NCBI GenBank assembly: GCA_963677925.2
Contig: CAXXYH010000004.1
Span: 1,344,001-1,408,000, forward strand
From: Spirochaetia bacterium
GTDB lineage: Bacteria; Spirochaetota; Spirochaetia; UBA9216
Length of the DNA stretch: 64,000 nucleotides
Direction of reading: 5' to 3'
Made by a program: the position numbers and the translations under genes. Below are positions 1 through 9,823 of this stretch, one piece after another. Positions within the stretch are counted from its first letter, which is position 1, and each line of letters begins with the position of its first letter. Below the pieces are notes generated by a model that saw only the letters and a list, made by a program, of their open reading frames with translations, made no database searches and had not been told where the DNA came from.

Positions 1-6
1 CAATTT

Positions 7-1017
7 ATGAAAAAGATTGGATTGGTGATGCTTGTTCTGATGCTTGGAGCAGGAATGCTGCTGTTTGCAGGCGGATCACAGGAAAAAGACGCTGCTAAAC
101 CCGTAGAACTTATTTTTACTTCAGTTTCAATACCGGGTGATTCACACACTGAAGCAATGTACGTTTTCGCAGACAAGGTAAAAGAGCTTACCGGCGGTTC
201 TGTTGAAGTTAAGGTTTATGACAGTGCTACACTTTTCACACAGGAAAATGAATACGATGCCCTTATCAGCGGTCAGGCTGACATGGCATATATCTCATTC
301 CCGACTCTTGCTACACAGATTCCTTCGTTCAGCATGTTCGGTTCAGGCTACTTCTTCAGCTCTTACGATCATATGACAAAGGTTCTTAACGGCGATTTGG
401 CAAAAGAAAACATATGGCCTGCTGTACAGGAACTCGGCCTTCAGCCGCTTGGAAGCATGTACCTCGGTTCACGTGTTGTAAATACAAAAGACAAGAAAAT
501 CAACAGCTATGCTGATATGAACGGTGTACTTCTTAGAATGCCCGGTTCTGAATCATGGCTCTTCCTTGGAAAGGCTCTCGGTGCAAACCCGACTCCTCTG
601 TCTTTCAGCGAACTCTACACAGCACTTCAGACCGGTGCCGTAGGCGGACAGGATAACCCCCTTCCTACAGTAGAAAGTGCAAAGTTCTATGAGGTAACAA
701 AATACCTTGCTATTACAAACCATGTTATCGATTCCATTATGCCCTGTGTTAACCTGGACAAATGGAACATGATGACTGCCGAACAGCAGGATGCAGTAAT
801 GGAAGCTATGACTTACGCAATTGCATTCAACGATCAGGAAAGAATTTCCCGTGAAAACAGCCTTGTTGAGTTCTTCGAGGGCGAAGGCATGACTGTAACT
901 CACCCTGATATTGCAGAGTTCAGAGCAAATGTACAGGCTGCATATGCAGCAAACGAAGCTATGACTTCAACATGGGATATGGATCTGTATGAAAAAGTAC
1001 AGAGCATGGCAGAATAA
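7..1017 (+). CDS. dctP: TRAP transporter substrate-binding protein (DctP family)
   Basis: Signal peptide; LRMPG, ELYTALQTGAVGGQDNP and FYEV motifs typical of DctP; followed by small and large permeases. Confidence 0.93.
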   Translation: MKKIGLVMLVLMLGAGMLLFAGGSQEKDAAKPVELIFTSVSIPGDSHTEAMYVFADKVKELTGGSVEVKVYDSATLFTQENEYDALISGQADMAYISFPTLATQIPSFSMFGSGYFFSSYDHMTKVLNGDLAKENIWPAVQELGLQPLGSMYLGSRVVNTKDKKINSYADMNGVLLRMPGSESWLFLGKALGANPTPLSFSELYTALQTGAVGGQDNPLPTVESAKFYEVTKYLAITNHVIDSIMPCVNLDKWNMMTAEQQDAVMEAMTYAIAFNDQERISRENSLVEFFEGEGMTVTHPDIAEFRANVQAAYAANEAMTSTWDMDLYEKVQSMAE

Positions 1018-1052
1018 AAACTGGCGAATCAGTTTTTAACACATTATTCTTT

Positions 1053-1086
1053 AAAGGAGAGACCTTCCCCGCGGAGGTCCTCCTTA
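1053..1086 (+). terminator. Intercistronic stem-loop after dctP (partial terminator or mRNA stabiliser)
   Basis: aaggagagaccttcc-ccgc-ggaggtcctcctt imperfect inverted repeat followed by AT-rich sequence. Confidence 0.5.
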
Positions 1087-1124
1087 ATTTTTCTAAGGTC
1101 AAATTTATAGGTAGGATGTAGGAA

Positions 1125-1634
1125 ATGGATCTGATAAAGAAGATCGGAAAAGCAGTTATGTACTTACTTGGTACTGTTATTCCAAACCTGACGTTTCTTT
1201 TGATTTTTGTCACCTTCATGGTAACAATTGTCTCAAGATATGTTTTAAAGGCTCCCGTTCCCTGGGCGTATGAAATAAGTATTCTGGCTTATATGTGGAC
1301 GATGTTCTTCGGAGTCGGCAAGGCAATGCAGAATGATGAGCACGTTGTGTTCGGTCTGGTTTATGATCATGTAAGACCCGGAGTAAAGATTGTTTTTGAT
1401 ATTATCAGCAGTCTGACTCTCGGAGTATTGCTGATTACTGTATTCATTCCGTCAATCCACTCTCTGCTTGCAAAGAAGATGGTAACCGGCGTTCTTAAGC
1501 TGCCGTATACAATTGTATTCTCTCCGCTTATCTATATGTTTGCCGAAATGCTTGTAAGGAGTCTGCTTGACTGCTGGAAGCATGTGAAAAAATTTCAGAC
1601 AGAAATCATCAGGAAGGAAGGTGAACAGAAATGA
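1125..1634 (+). CDS. dctQ: TRAP transporter small permease (DctQ)
   Basis: 169 aa, about 4 TM helices, SRYV..PVPWAYE motif; lies between dctP and dctM. Confidence 0.9.
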   Translation: MDLIKKIGKAVMYLLGTVIPNLTFLLIFVTFMVTIVSRYVLKAPVPWAYEISILAYMWTMFFGVGKAMQNDEHVVFGLVYDHVRPGVKIVFDIISSLTLGVLLITVFIPSIHSLLAKKMVTGVLKLPYTIVFSPLIYMFAEMLVRSLLDCWKHVKKFQTEIIRKEGEQK

Positions 1635-2914
1635 ACGTAGTACTTATTCTTTTTCTGATTCTGGCTCTCTGTTTCATCATCAGAATGCCCGTTTCAATGG
1701 CGATGCTTGCAGCATCGATCAGTTACTTCCTTCTGAGCGGAAGAAGTCTCGAACAGGTTTTTACCGTTATGTCGGGAAACATGTTCTCAAACTATACAAT
1801 GCTTGCGGCACCCCTGTTTATATTTATGGCTAACGTCATGAATGAGGGCGAAATTACCGACAAACTGTTCAAATTCTGCAACGGTCTTTTCGGTCGTCTG
1901 CGGGGCGGAACAGCCCAGGTTAATGTAGCCGCATCACTGATTTTCTCAGGGATGACCGGTTCAGCTATTGCAGATGCTTCCGGAATCGGCCTGATGGAAA
2001 TTGAACAGATGAAAAAAGAGGGCTATGACTCTTCTTTCAGCTGTGCACTTACAGCGGCATCCGCTACGGTCGGGCCTATATTCCCGCCTAGTATTCCGAT
2101 GGTTATCTACGCCATGCTTTCGGGCGCTTCAATCGGCAAGCTTTTCATGGGCGGTATGATTCCCGGAATCATCCTTTCCCTTATGCTTGCAGGCTATGTA
2201 GCGGTGGTTTCCGCTAAAAGGCAGTATCCCCGCGGTGAAATGATGGCGATACGTCAATTTATCAGGGTTTCAATCAGTGCAATTCCCGCACTTTTTACAG
2301 TAGTCCTCCTTCTCGGCGGAATCTACCTCGGTATTGTAACCCCGACCGAAGCCGGAGCACTTGCCTCGAGTTATGCGATAATTATTTCAATCATTATCTA
2401 CCGGAACCTCGGACCTGAAAAGTTCTGGAGAATCATCAAGAAAAGCGCTGCCAATACAGCAACCCTTGCACTTCTTGCAGGAACTTCAATGCTTTTCTCA
2501 TATATCATCGCTCTTGAGCAGGTTCCCCGCGCTATTGCAGGCGTAGTAATGGGAATTACCGAAAACAAATACGTCTTCCTCATGGTTGTTAATGTTATCT
2601 TTCTGCTTCTGGGCTGTGTCCTTGATGTCAGCACCATACAGCTTGTATTTGTTCCGATGGTTCTTCCGCTTGTTAATGCATTCGGAATCGACCTTGTACA
2701 TTTCGGTGTAATAATCTGTTTCAATATGATGATAGGTCTTTCAACACCTCCATTCGGAATGCTGCTCTTCATTGTTGCCGGACTGGGCAAAACAAAGATA
2801 AGCGGCGTTATACGTGAAATTATTCCGATGATTCTGGTTATGATTGCGGTTCTTCTGGCAATTACCTATATACCGGATATTGTTATGGCAATTCCGAACA
2901 GGTTCATGTCCTGA
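1631..2914 (+). CDS. dctM: TRAP transporter large permease (DctM)
   Basis: FSGMTGSAIADA, GPIFPPSIP, TPTEAG and GLSTPPFG motifs; ATGA overlap with dctQ. Confidence 0.95.
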   Translation: MNVVLILFLILALCFIIRMPVSMAMLAASISYFLLSGRSLEQVFTVMSGNMFSNYTMLAAPLFIFMANVMNEGEITDKLFKFCNGLFGRLRGGTAQVNVAASLIFSGMTGSAIADASGIGLMEIEQMKKEGYDSSFSCALTAASATVGPIFPPSIPMVIYAMLSGASIGKLFMGGMIPGIILSLMLAGYVAVVSAKRQYPRGEMMAIRQFIRVSISAIPALFTVVLLLGGIYLGIVTPTEAGALASSYAIIISIIIYRNLGPEKFWRIIKKSAANTATLALLAGTSMLFSYIIALEQVPRAIAGVVMGITENKYVFLMVVNVIFLLLGCVLDVSTIQLVFVPMVLPLVNAFGIDLVHFGVIICFNMMIGLSTPPFGMLLFIVAGLGKTKISGVIREIIPMILVMIAVLLAITYIPDIVMAIPNRFMS

Positions 2915-2923
2915 TAACAGCAG

Positions 2924-5900
2924 ATGGATACACTCGATGAGATAAACAAAAGGCTGAACGGGGCTTCCCCGAAGTACCGTTCAGCACCCTTCTGGGCCTG
3001 GAATGATTCACTCCGGCCCGAAAGGCTTACCGGTCAGATTGATCTGATGAAAGAGCAGGGCATAGGCGGCTTTTTCATTCATTCACGGGAAGGACTTGAA
3101 ACAGAGTATCTTTCAGATGAGTGGATGGACTGTACAGAAGCAGCCCTGAATCATGCCGAAAAATCGGGCATGGAAGTCTGGATCTATGATGAGGACACCT
3201 GGCCCTCCGGCAGTGTGGGCGGGGCGGTAAGCGCCGCCGATCCGCAGCATTTTTCAGCCAAAGCACTGACCCTTGAAATAAGCACAAACAAAAACCACTC
3301 CAACGACGCCGATATTCTGGCGGTCTGCCCTGCTGAGCCCTACGCTGGCCCCGGAGCAGAAAACCGCTTTCTGGTTTTCAGAAGAGAACTTTCAGGCCCC
3401 TCGGAATGGTATAACGGCTCTGCGCCAAGCGATAATATGAACCCGGAAGCGGTCCGCCTGTTTTTAAATAAAACCCATAAGGCTTATGCCGACTGCTTCG
3501 GTGAAAAGCTCGGTCCGGCAATCAAGGGTTTTTTTACTGATGAACCCAACGTCTGTGACTTTTTCGCCAATTTTACAGCCGGACGCCCCTGGCTGCCCTG
3601 GACCGATTCTTTCACTCAGTCTTTTATAGACGCCCGGGGCTATGATATCCAAGGAATCCTTCCGCTTCTTTTCTTTAAGGGGGAGGGCTCGGAGAAGGCT
3701 CGCTACGATTACTGGCTTACACTTACAGAAATCTTTGTTACATCTTATACGAGGCAGCTCTATGACTGGTGTGAAGAGCACAATGTCAAACTGACCGGCC
3801 ATATGCTTTATGAAAACGATCTCGGCTACGGCGTCCGCTGCAACGGGGCGGTCATGCCGCACTACCGCTACATGCATGCGCCCGGAATTGATCTGCTGGG
3901 GGATCAGCGCAGTGAGTATCTTACGGTAAAACAGTGCACAAGCGTTGCCAATCAGTTCCGCCGCGATATGGTTCTGTCTGAGATGTACGGATGCACCGGC
4001 TGGGAGTTTTCTTTTTCCGGACAGAAACGTCTTGGGGACTGGCAGTATGTGATGGGCGTCAATAAAAGGTGTCAGCATCTCGCGCTCTACTCGATAAGCG
4101 GCTGCAGAAAGCGTGATTATCCGCCGGCGTTCAACTATCAGTCAACATTCTGGGAATATTCTCATCTTATGGAAGACTACTTTGCACGCCTGGGTGTCTG
4201 CACGACATCCGGGGAGGTTCACCGCGATATACTCATGATTCATCCGGTGGGAACATTCTGGATGAAGTCGGGCAGTTCCGCGGATGAAGATCTTTCAAAA
4301 GTGTACATGAACATGGGCTGGCTTGATGAGCATCTGATGAATCTCAACCGCGAAGGCGACTACTACAATCAGCTGACACATCAGCTTCTCGCCCGCCAGT
4401 TTGATTTTGATTTCGGTGATGAGCTTATTATGAAAGATGAAGCCTCTGTTTCCGGAAGCTGTCTTCAGGTCGGCTCTCACTCGTATTCTTATGTAATAGT
4501 TCCGCCGCTTCAGACCCTGATGGCTTCTACCATTGAGCTTTTAAAGGACTTTCTTGAATCGGGGGGGCATATCTTCTGGATGACTCCCTATCCTGAATAC
4601 GTTGATGCTGAAAAATCCGGAAAGATAGCAGAGCTTACAGGTCATTTCCGTGTTCATCCCGTGGAAAATTTTGCTAAACTTGTATCTGTGATGTCATCCA
4701 TGGTTCAAAGGCCGGTGCGGATATGTGACGGATTCGGAACTGACTGTGACCGGCTGCTTTCGATGACCCGTACCCTTGAAAAGGGCAGGGCTGTTACAAT
4801 TGTAAATACCGCTGCTGAAAAACTTGATGGACTTATTCTGAAATTTGCAGACAGGGGAAGGCTTACCCGGCTTGATCTGCTTTCCGGAGATCAGTCAATA
4901 GTTCCTGTTGAACTTGATGATCAGGGCGGAATGAACTACAGGCTCTCATTTGAAGCCGAGGAAACGGTTGTCTTTTTTATTGATGAGACCGCTGAACCTG
5001 AAGTATCCCGGCCGCTTTCGCTTTACTACCGGCATCCCCATGATTCTGTTGAGCTTGTCTACGGATTTCCCGCTGTCTCTCCTGTCAGGCTTACAAGTGA
5101 AAACGCCCTTACCCTTGATATCTGCAGTTTCAGAATTGCCGATGAGGCATGGAGTGATGAGCTTCCGGTATGGCAGGCGCAGAAGATTATCCGTGAGCGC
5201 TTTGGCATGCAGGCTGTCCACTACAACGGTGCACCCCAGCGCTACCTCTGGATTGATGATAAAAAAGAGTATCCGCTTTCATTGCGTTTCTCTTTTACCG
5301 TGGACTGCACTCCTGAGGGAGAGGTCTTTGCGGCAGTTGAAAAATCCGCAGGGATGAAAATCAGCTGTAATTCCAGGGCCTGTGAACAGACAGAACAGTG
5401 GTTTATCGATGAAGATTTTATCAAGCACCGGATTCCTGTGCTTGTGAACGGTGAGAATGTGCTTGAAATAGATCTGATGTACTGCTCCTCAACCGAGCTT
5501 GAAGATATCTACATTACAGGAAACTTCGGCGTCAGCCCGTCCCGCCGCATCACCGGAATACCGTCGACTCTGGAGCGGGGTGACTGGTCGCTACAGGGGC
5601 TGAAGCATTACCCTGGAAGCTGTATCTACCAGTATGAAATTCCTGCAGCAGCACTGGCTGAGATTAAGGCTTCTGAGGGTTCACGAAGGCTGATGCTTCA
5701 CCTGGGAGAGTTCAGCGGTGCTCTTGCGGTGATTAGAATTGACGGCGGAGAACCAATCTTTGCCCTTCGTGAGACGGATATCGAGCTCAGCGGTAAAATT
5801 GCCCCAACAGCCGGGCCCGTATCGGTTGAAATTGAGATAGTCGGAAGCCTCCGAAACCTGTTGGGGCCGCTTCACAGATCTGCAGATGTCTGCAGCAGAA

Positions 5901-6001
5901 TAAGCTGGGAAGATTTTCATCCCTCCGGTGCGGCCTTCACGCCGGAATATGTAACTGAAGCTGCGGGGCTTATGGGTGAAGTTTATCTATATATTGAATA
6001 A
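2924..6001 (+). CDS. Glycoside hydrolase, GH106-like (alpha-L-rhamnosidase-like), cytoplasmic
   Basis: PFWAWN, GGFFIHSREGL, YDEDTWPSG, FFTDEP, LTGH and SEMYG motifs; no signal peptide. Confidence 0.8.
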   Translation: MDTLDEINKRLNGASPKYRSAPFWAWNDSLRPERLTGQIDLMKEQGIGGFFIHSREGLETEYLSDEWMDCTEAALNHAEKSGMEVWIYDEDTWPSGSVGGAVSAADPQHFSAKALTLEISTNKNHSNDADILAVCPAEPYAGPGAENRFLVFRRELSGPSEWYNGSAPSDNMNPEAVRLFLNKTHKAYADCFGEKLGPAIKGFFTDEPNVCDFFANFTAGRPWLPWTDSFTQSFIDARGYDIQGILPLLFFKGEGSEKARYDYWLTLTEIFVTSYTRQLYDWCEEHNVKLTGHMLYENDLGYGVRCNGAVMPHYRYMHAPGIDLLGDQRSEYLTVKQCTSVANQFRRDMVLSEMYGCTGWEFSFSGQKRLGDWQYVMGVNKRCQHLALYSISGCRKRDYPPAFNYQSTFWEYSHLMEDYFARLGVCTTSGEVHRDILMIHPVGTFWMKSGSSADEDLSKVYMNMGWLDEHLMNLNREGDYYNQLTHQLLARQFDFDFGDELIMKDEASVSGSCLQVGSHSYSYVIVPPLQTLMASTIELLKDFLESGGHIFWMTPYPEYVDAEKSGKIAELTGHFRVHPVENFAKLVSVMSSMVQRPVRICDGFGTDCDRLLSMTRTLEKGRAVTIVNTAAEKLDGLILKFADRGRLTRLDLLSGDQSIVPVELDDQGGMNYRLSFEAEETVVFFIDETAEPEVSRPLSLYYRHPHDSVELVYGFPAVSPVRLTSENALTLDICSFRIADEAWSDELPVWQAQKIIRERFGMQAVHYNGAPQRYLWIDDKKEYPLSLRFSFTVDCTPEGEVFAAVEKSAGMKISCNSRACEQTEQWFIDEDFIKHRIPVLVNGENVLEIDLMYCSSTELEDIYITGNFGVSPSRRITGIPSTLERGDWSLQGLKHYPGSCIYQYEIPAAALAEIKASEGSRRLMLHLGEFSGALAVIRIDGGEPIFALRETDIELSGKIAPTAGPVSVEIEIVGSLRNLLGPLHRSADVCSRISWEDFHPSGAAFTPEYVTEAAGLMGEVYLYIE

Positions 6002-6062
6002 AACATAGTGACTAAAAATGCTTATCCCGTTTATAATCTATTTAGATTTTCAGGAGGTTTTT

Positions 6063-6611
6063 ATGGGTACTTTGGAAAATTCAAGCGCTGCAGGGTTCGC
6101 AGACGGGCAATGGGAAAGCATAGTTTCTGTTGTTTCTTCCTCATTCGGTTTCAGTGCTGATGAAAGTAAGAAATTATCAGAAAACAAAACCGCAAAGCTT
6201 ATTGCCGCAATCCCCTTTCTGGCCGGCTGTTCACAGCCCATGAGGACCGCAGTCGCTAATCTCGCTGTATACCATATTGCCAGGGCTGAAGGAAAATCAG
6301 TTTTTGAACATAATGCCTTAGATGATCAGGATGCCTATGCCAGATTATTCAGTATATCGAATTTTCAGGGCGGTGATGAAAAGATCATAAAAAGAGGAAT
6401 GGCCCTGCTTGCACTTCAGAGTCTGCGCAACCATGTGAAGGATTCCGGGACCGATGGAGCAAAGGGTAAGTATAACCCTGTCTCTGAAGGTAAATGGGAT
6501 GCTTCAGCAATTGAAACTCAACTTCTCACTGAAATACAAAATGTAGAAAGTCCTGAAATGGATGAAATTTTGAGTTCAGGAGATGTAGATGGCTTCTGGG
6601 ATAACAACTAA
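6063..6611 (+). CDS. Hypothetical all-alpha protein (182 aa) ending in DGFWDNN
   Basis: CAGGAGG RBS at 6051-6057 favours ATG 6063 over 6018; overlaps the next gene by 23 nt. Confidence 0.75.
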   Translation: MGTLENSSAAGFADGQWESIVSVVSSSFGFSADESKKLSENKTAKLIAAIPFLAGCSQPMRTAVANLAVYHIARAEGKSVFEHNALDDQDAYARLFSISNFQGGDEKIIKRGMALLALQSLRNHVKDSGTDGAKGKYNPVSEGKWDASAIETQLLTEIQNVESPEMDEILSSGDVDGFWDNN

Positions 6612-7437
6612 TAAATTTTCAATTTTTAAAGTACAAAAAAGGATTTCATATATAGTCTCAGCCCTTGGGATGCTTGTTGTGTTTATCAACTTCTTTGATT
6701 TGGTACGGCGATTTCCTGTTATAGATGCACTTTTGTATCCTTCTGTCGGTATTATACTTGCAGTATCAATCGTTATCTTTTTAACCTCACTAAAAGACAG
6801 CAGTTTTTTAAGGTATGTACAGCTGTTTATCTTTTTTCTTGTAGGTGCTATTGCAATTCTTGATGTTTATAATTCCTTTCATGGCCTGGGTCTTGTTATT
6901 CTGACTTTGATAATCGGTTTCCGCTACGGCCTCTTTGAAAAGAAGCCCCTTTTAAAGATATTTCTGTTTATAGGCATAATATTTGTTATTGTAGAAATTG
7001 CCGCAAGTCTTCAGAGCGGGGTAATACGCTGGAATACCGGTCTGGATGCAATAATGTACATCCTTGTCTTTATAGGGGTCCTCTATACCATCTATTCAAA
7101 TGAAATTATCTACTACGTAAAATTAACCACCGAGGCTGAAAATAAACTGAACCGGATAGAAATGGAGCGGACCCGCCTCCAGAACAAGCTTGATGATCTT
7201 GATCTGGTGTACAGACAGCTGACCCAGCCTGCCGATCTTGACTCCATGGGAATTACTCCCAGAGAGATGGAAGTTATTGAGGCTCTGGTTGTTTACCGGG
7301 AACGGGACAGGGCATTGGCTGAAAGGCTCGGGATTTCACCCTATACACTGAAAGAACATATGAAGCATATCAGGGACAAGCTGGGCGTTGACCGCAGGGA
7401 TGAGATTGTCGATATGTGCAGGAATAATTTTTCTTAA
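6589..7437 (+). CDS. Membrane-anchored LuxR/GerE-type transcriptional regulator
   Basis: About 6 hydrophobic helices, a coiled coil, then ITPREMEVI..LAERLGISPYTLKEHMKHIRDKLGV (LuxR HTH); AGGAG RBS. Confidence 0.85.
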   Translation: MASGITTNKFSIFKVQKRISYIVSALGMLVVFINFFDLVRRFPVIDALLYPSVGIILAVSIVIFLTSLKDSSFLRYVQLFIFFLVGAIAILDVYNSFHGLGLVILTLIIGFRYGLFEKKPLLKIFLFIGIIFVIVEIAASLQSGVIRWNTGLDAIMYILVFIGVLYTIYSNEIIYYVKLTTEAENKLNRIEMERTRLQNKLDDLDLVYRQLTQPADLDSMGITPREMEVIEALVVYRERDRALAERLGISPYTLKEHMKHIRDKLGVDRRDEIVDMCRNNFS

Positions 7438-7448
7438 TCCGGGGAACC

Positions 7449-9014
7449 TTATATCTGCAGTTCGCGTTTCATGTACTTTTCATAATACCTTATCATCTGG
7501 CATGAGAATATAATACGCTGACGCAGAATGCCGTCCTCAAGATCAAGTTCAATGAGTTTGTTGATTTTATTAACCTTATTTATGACTGTGTTCCTGTGAG
7601 CATAGGTAACCGCCGCTGTTTTTACCAGGTTCCGGTCATTCAGCAGGTAATAAAACAGGGTGTCCCGAAGGTTAGTGTTGTGATCCCTGTCGTATCTGGT
7701 CAGGTGCACAACCGCCGGATGAATCAGATAGACTATGTCGTTATGGTGATGAAGTTCGTAGAATCGGTGCGCGCACATATCTATTGCGGTATATATCCAG
7801 AACTCCTCGTAAAAGAATATCCTCTCTTTCAGGTTCTCACGAAGTTCGCAGGCCAGCGGAATTGTGTTTTTTGCCAGAATATTGAGTGAGCGCAGGTTTC
7901 CGAAATCCCTGGTTCCGTTGCTTATCCCAATAAAACCGTTGTGCCGCTCAAGAATGGTTTCAAGCCTTTTTGTATCAAGGTTTAAGTTGAATGTCCTCTG
8001 CGGATAGGTTTGAAGAATCACAACCTCATTCTCGTAAACCGTCATATTGCAGTCCGGAAATACTTCTCGCAGCTGTGCAAATATAAAACTTGAGGGCGTC
8101 TGCTTGGTGTTTTTATTCCGGAAAGTTACAACAATCACGCGGACAAAGGTTTCAATTGGAAAGGGCATCAGTCTGAGTCTCTGAATTATCTCGAAGGTCT
8201 GGGTCAGGCTCTGATCCATTATTTCCATCCAGAACTGTTTGAAGTCCTTTGTATAGGTTCCAAGCTTCAGCGAATTGGCCGGAAGGATGTGGCGGTGAAT
8301 CGCCTGTCCGGCACAGACGCATAATCCCCTGCAGTCAATCTCGATCTGTTCAATGCTGCTTTCAATCAAGATAACACTAACAAGCTGATCCTCGTGATAT
8401 ATCCGGTATCCGTAAAGGCGAATACCGCTCTCGGCTACCTTATATTCAACCGGTAAATGCTTCTCTGATCTGTTTATGAAAATAGAGTCTGCAATTTTTT
8501 TTGGGAGAGCGCCTGTCTGGTCCAGATGTTCGGTCAGAAATTTGCTTTCTTCCAGTTTGCAGCTGAGTACGATGCGGTAATTCGGATTCAGCAGAATGAT
8601 CGGGGATTCGGCAAAATCAGATGTCAGATTAAGCATTGCGTATAAGGACTGATCATCAGCTGTAGCATATTTATCAAGCCAAATCTGCCTGAGAGTGAGT
8701 ATTTTGTTGATCATAACAAAAAGATTCGTCCGCGGACAGGAAAGGTAAATAACCGAAATTTCAGGATTCTTGTTCAGGATCACATAATTTGATTTGTGTT
8801 CACATATAAAAATTACAGTACCGGGTTCAATTTCGACATTTTGAAGATTTCTTACTGTTTCTTCGCCAGCGCCTATCCAGGTCTTATCTGCACATAGGGT
8901 TTTCTGATTATCTATAAAATCAACTTCCTGCGGGCATGTTTCCGGCAGGTTCTTTTCATCGGCGTAAACGGTGCACTGCCTCAGATGCTGAAAAAGATAT
9001 GACAGATAAAGCAT
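7449..9014 (-). CDS. PucR/CdaR-family transcriptional regulator
   Basis: C-terminal YDRDHNTNLRDTLFYYL..NLVKTAAVTYAHRNTVINKVNKI helix-turn-helix; divergent from the tct operon. Confidence 0.88.
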   Translation of the reverse strand: MLYLSYLFQHLRQCTVYADEKNLPETCPQEVDFIDNQKTLCADKTWIGAGEETVRNLQNVEIEPGTVIFICEHKSNYVILNKNPEISVIYLSCPRTNLFVMINKILTLRQIWLDKYATADDQSLYAMLNLTSDFAESPIILLNPNYRIVLSCKLEESKFLTEHLDQTGALPKKIADSIFINRSEKHLPVEYKVAESGIRLYGYRIYHEDQLVSVILIESSIEQIEIDCRGLCVCAGQAIHRHILPANSLKLGTYTKDFKQFWMEIMDQSLTQTFEIIQRLRLMPFPIETFVRVIVVTFRNKNTKQTPSSFIFAQLREVFPDCNMTVYENEVVILQTYPQRTFNLNLDTKRLETILERHNGFIGISNGTRDFGNLRSLNILAKNTIPLACELRENLKERIFFYEEFWIYTAIDMCAHRFYELHHHNDIVYLIHPAVVHLTRYDRDHNTNLRDTLFYYLLNDRNLVKTAAVTYAHRNTVINKVNKINKLIELDLEDGILRQRIIFSCQMIRYYEKYMKRELQI

Positions 9015-9110
9015 TGTTTTTGTACTCCTGAATGTATAAAAAACGGAACTTAAGGCTTGATTATATTCTTAATCGCCGGTTTTGTCGAATTAAACCGGTT
9101 GAGCAGGCCG

Positions 9111-9215
9111 ATGTGCGAAAAGTACAAAATATTCTTTCATTAATGTGCTTATATCACAGATTATCAGACGCCTTTAAAAAATGATTTTTAAGGAAAAACT
9201 ATCACGTGTTAGCCT
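9111..9215 (+). promoter_or_regulatory. Tandem TGT-N-ACA operator (probable PucR sites) with extended -10 promoter of the tct operon
   Basis: atgtgcgaaaagtaca (9111) and atgtgcttatatcacaga (9143), 32 bp apart; TGtTAGCCT at 9207; same architecture recurs at 15141-15244. Confidence 0.6.
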
Positions 9216-9257
9216 GAGAATCAAAGGAAAAGAAAATTTTTATTAAAGGAGATCTAC

Positions 9258-9320
9258 ATGAATTGCCCGCCTCGTGCTGCGCTCAGACCCAAACTATTTA
9301 AAACGGAAATTTCAAAATGA
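9258..9320 (+). CDS. Putative 20-aa upstream peptide MNCPPRAALRPKLFKTEISK
   Basis: Strong AAAGGAG RBS; its TGA overlaps the tctB ATG (ATGA). Confidence 0.4.
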   Translation: MNCPPRAALRPKLFKTEISK

Positions 9321-9811
9321 CTGAATATATAAAAAACAAGAAAGATTTTATCCTTGGTGTTGCTACTATTGTGATTGCTGCGTTGATTACTATTCTTTCA
9401 ATGCAGCTCAGGGCTTCCGGATATGACGGTGACCCGGGTCCGAAAATGTTCCCGATGACCGGTGCCGCAATTATGCTTATCTGCGGAATTGCGCTGATTA
9501 TCAAGCCAGGCAAGGTGGCAGGTACCTTCCTTACCCGTAAACAGTGGCTCTCGGCACTTACCATGTTTGGTGTTTATGTCGGAGTTGCTGTTCTGTTTTT
9601 CCTTCTGGGATTTATGCTCTCTCTTCCGATTATTGCCTTCACTCTTACCTTTCTAATGAGCAGGCTGTCGCTGAAGGATCTGGAGCTGAAAAAGCGTATT
9701 CTGAAAAGCCTTATCTATGCGGTAATTGCCAGCGTCTGTGTATACCTTGCATATGTTGTAGGTCTTAACGCAAGGCTTCCTGAAGGTTTGATATTTAAAC
9801 TTTTCTACTGA
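9317..9811 (+). CDS. tctB: Tripartite tricarboxylate transporter TctB
   Basis: GDPGPKMFP motif, 4-5 TM helices, LPEG near C-terminus; adjacent to tctA. Confidence 0.88.
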   Translation: MTEYIKNKKDFILGVATIVIAALITILSMQLRASGYDGDPGPKMFPMTGAAIMLICGIALIIKPGKVAGTFLTRKQWLSALTMFGVYVGVAVLFFLLGFMLSLPIIAFTLTFLMSRLSLKDLELKKRILKSLIYAVIASVCVYLAYVVGLNARLPEGLIFKLFY

Positions 9812-9823
9812 GGATAAAAAATA

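Noticed and set aside
3075-5920. Antisense and alternate-frame ORFs in the track (e.g. 3464-4078; similarly 9979-10548, 18916-19440, 33056-33442)
   Set aside because: Shadow ORFs fully overlapping well-supported genes, with no recognisable motifs
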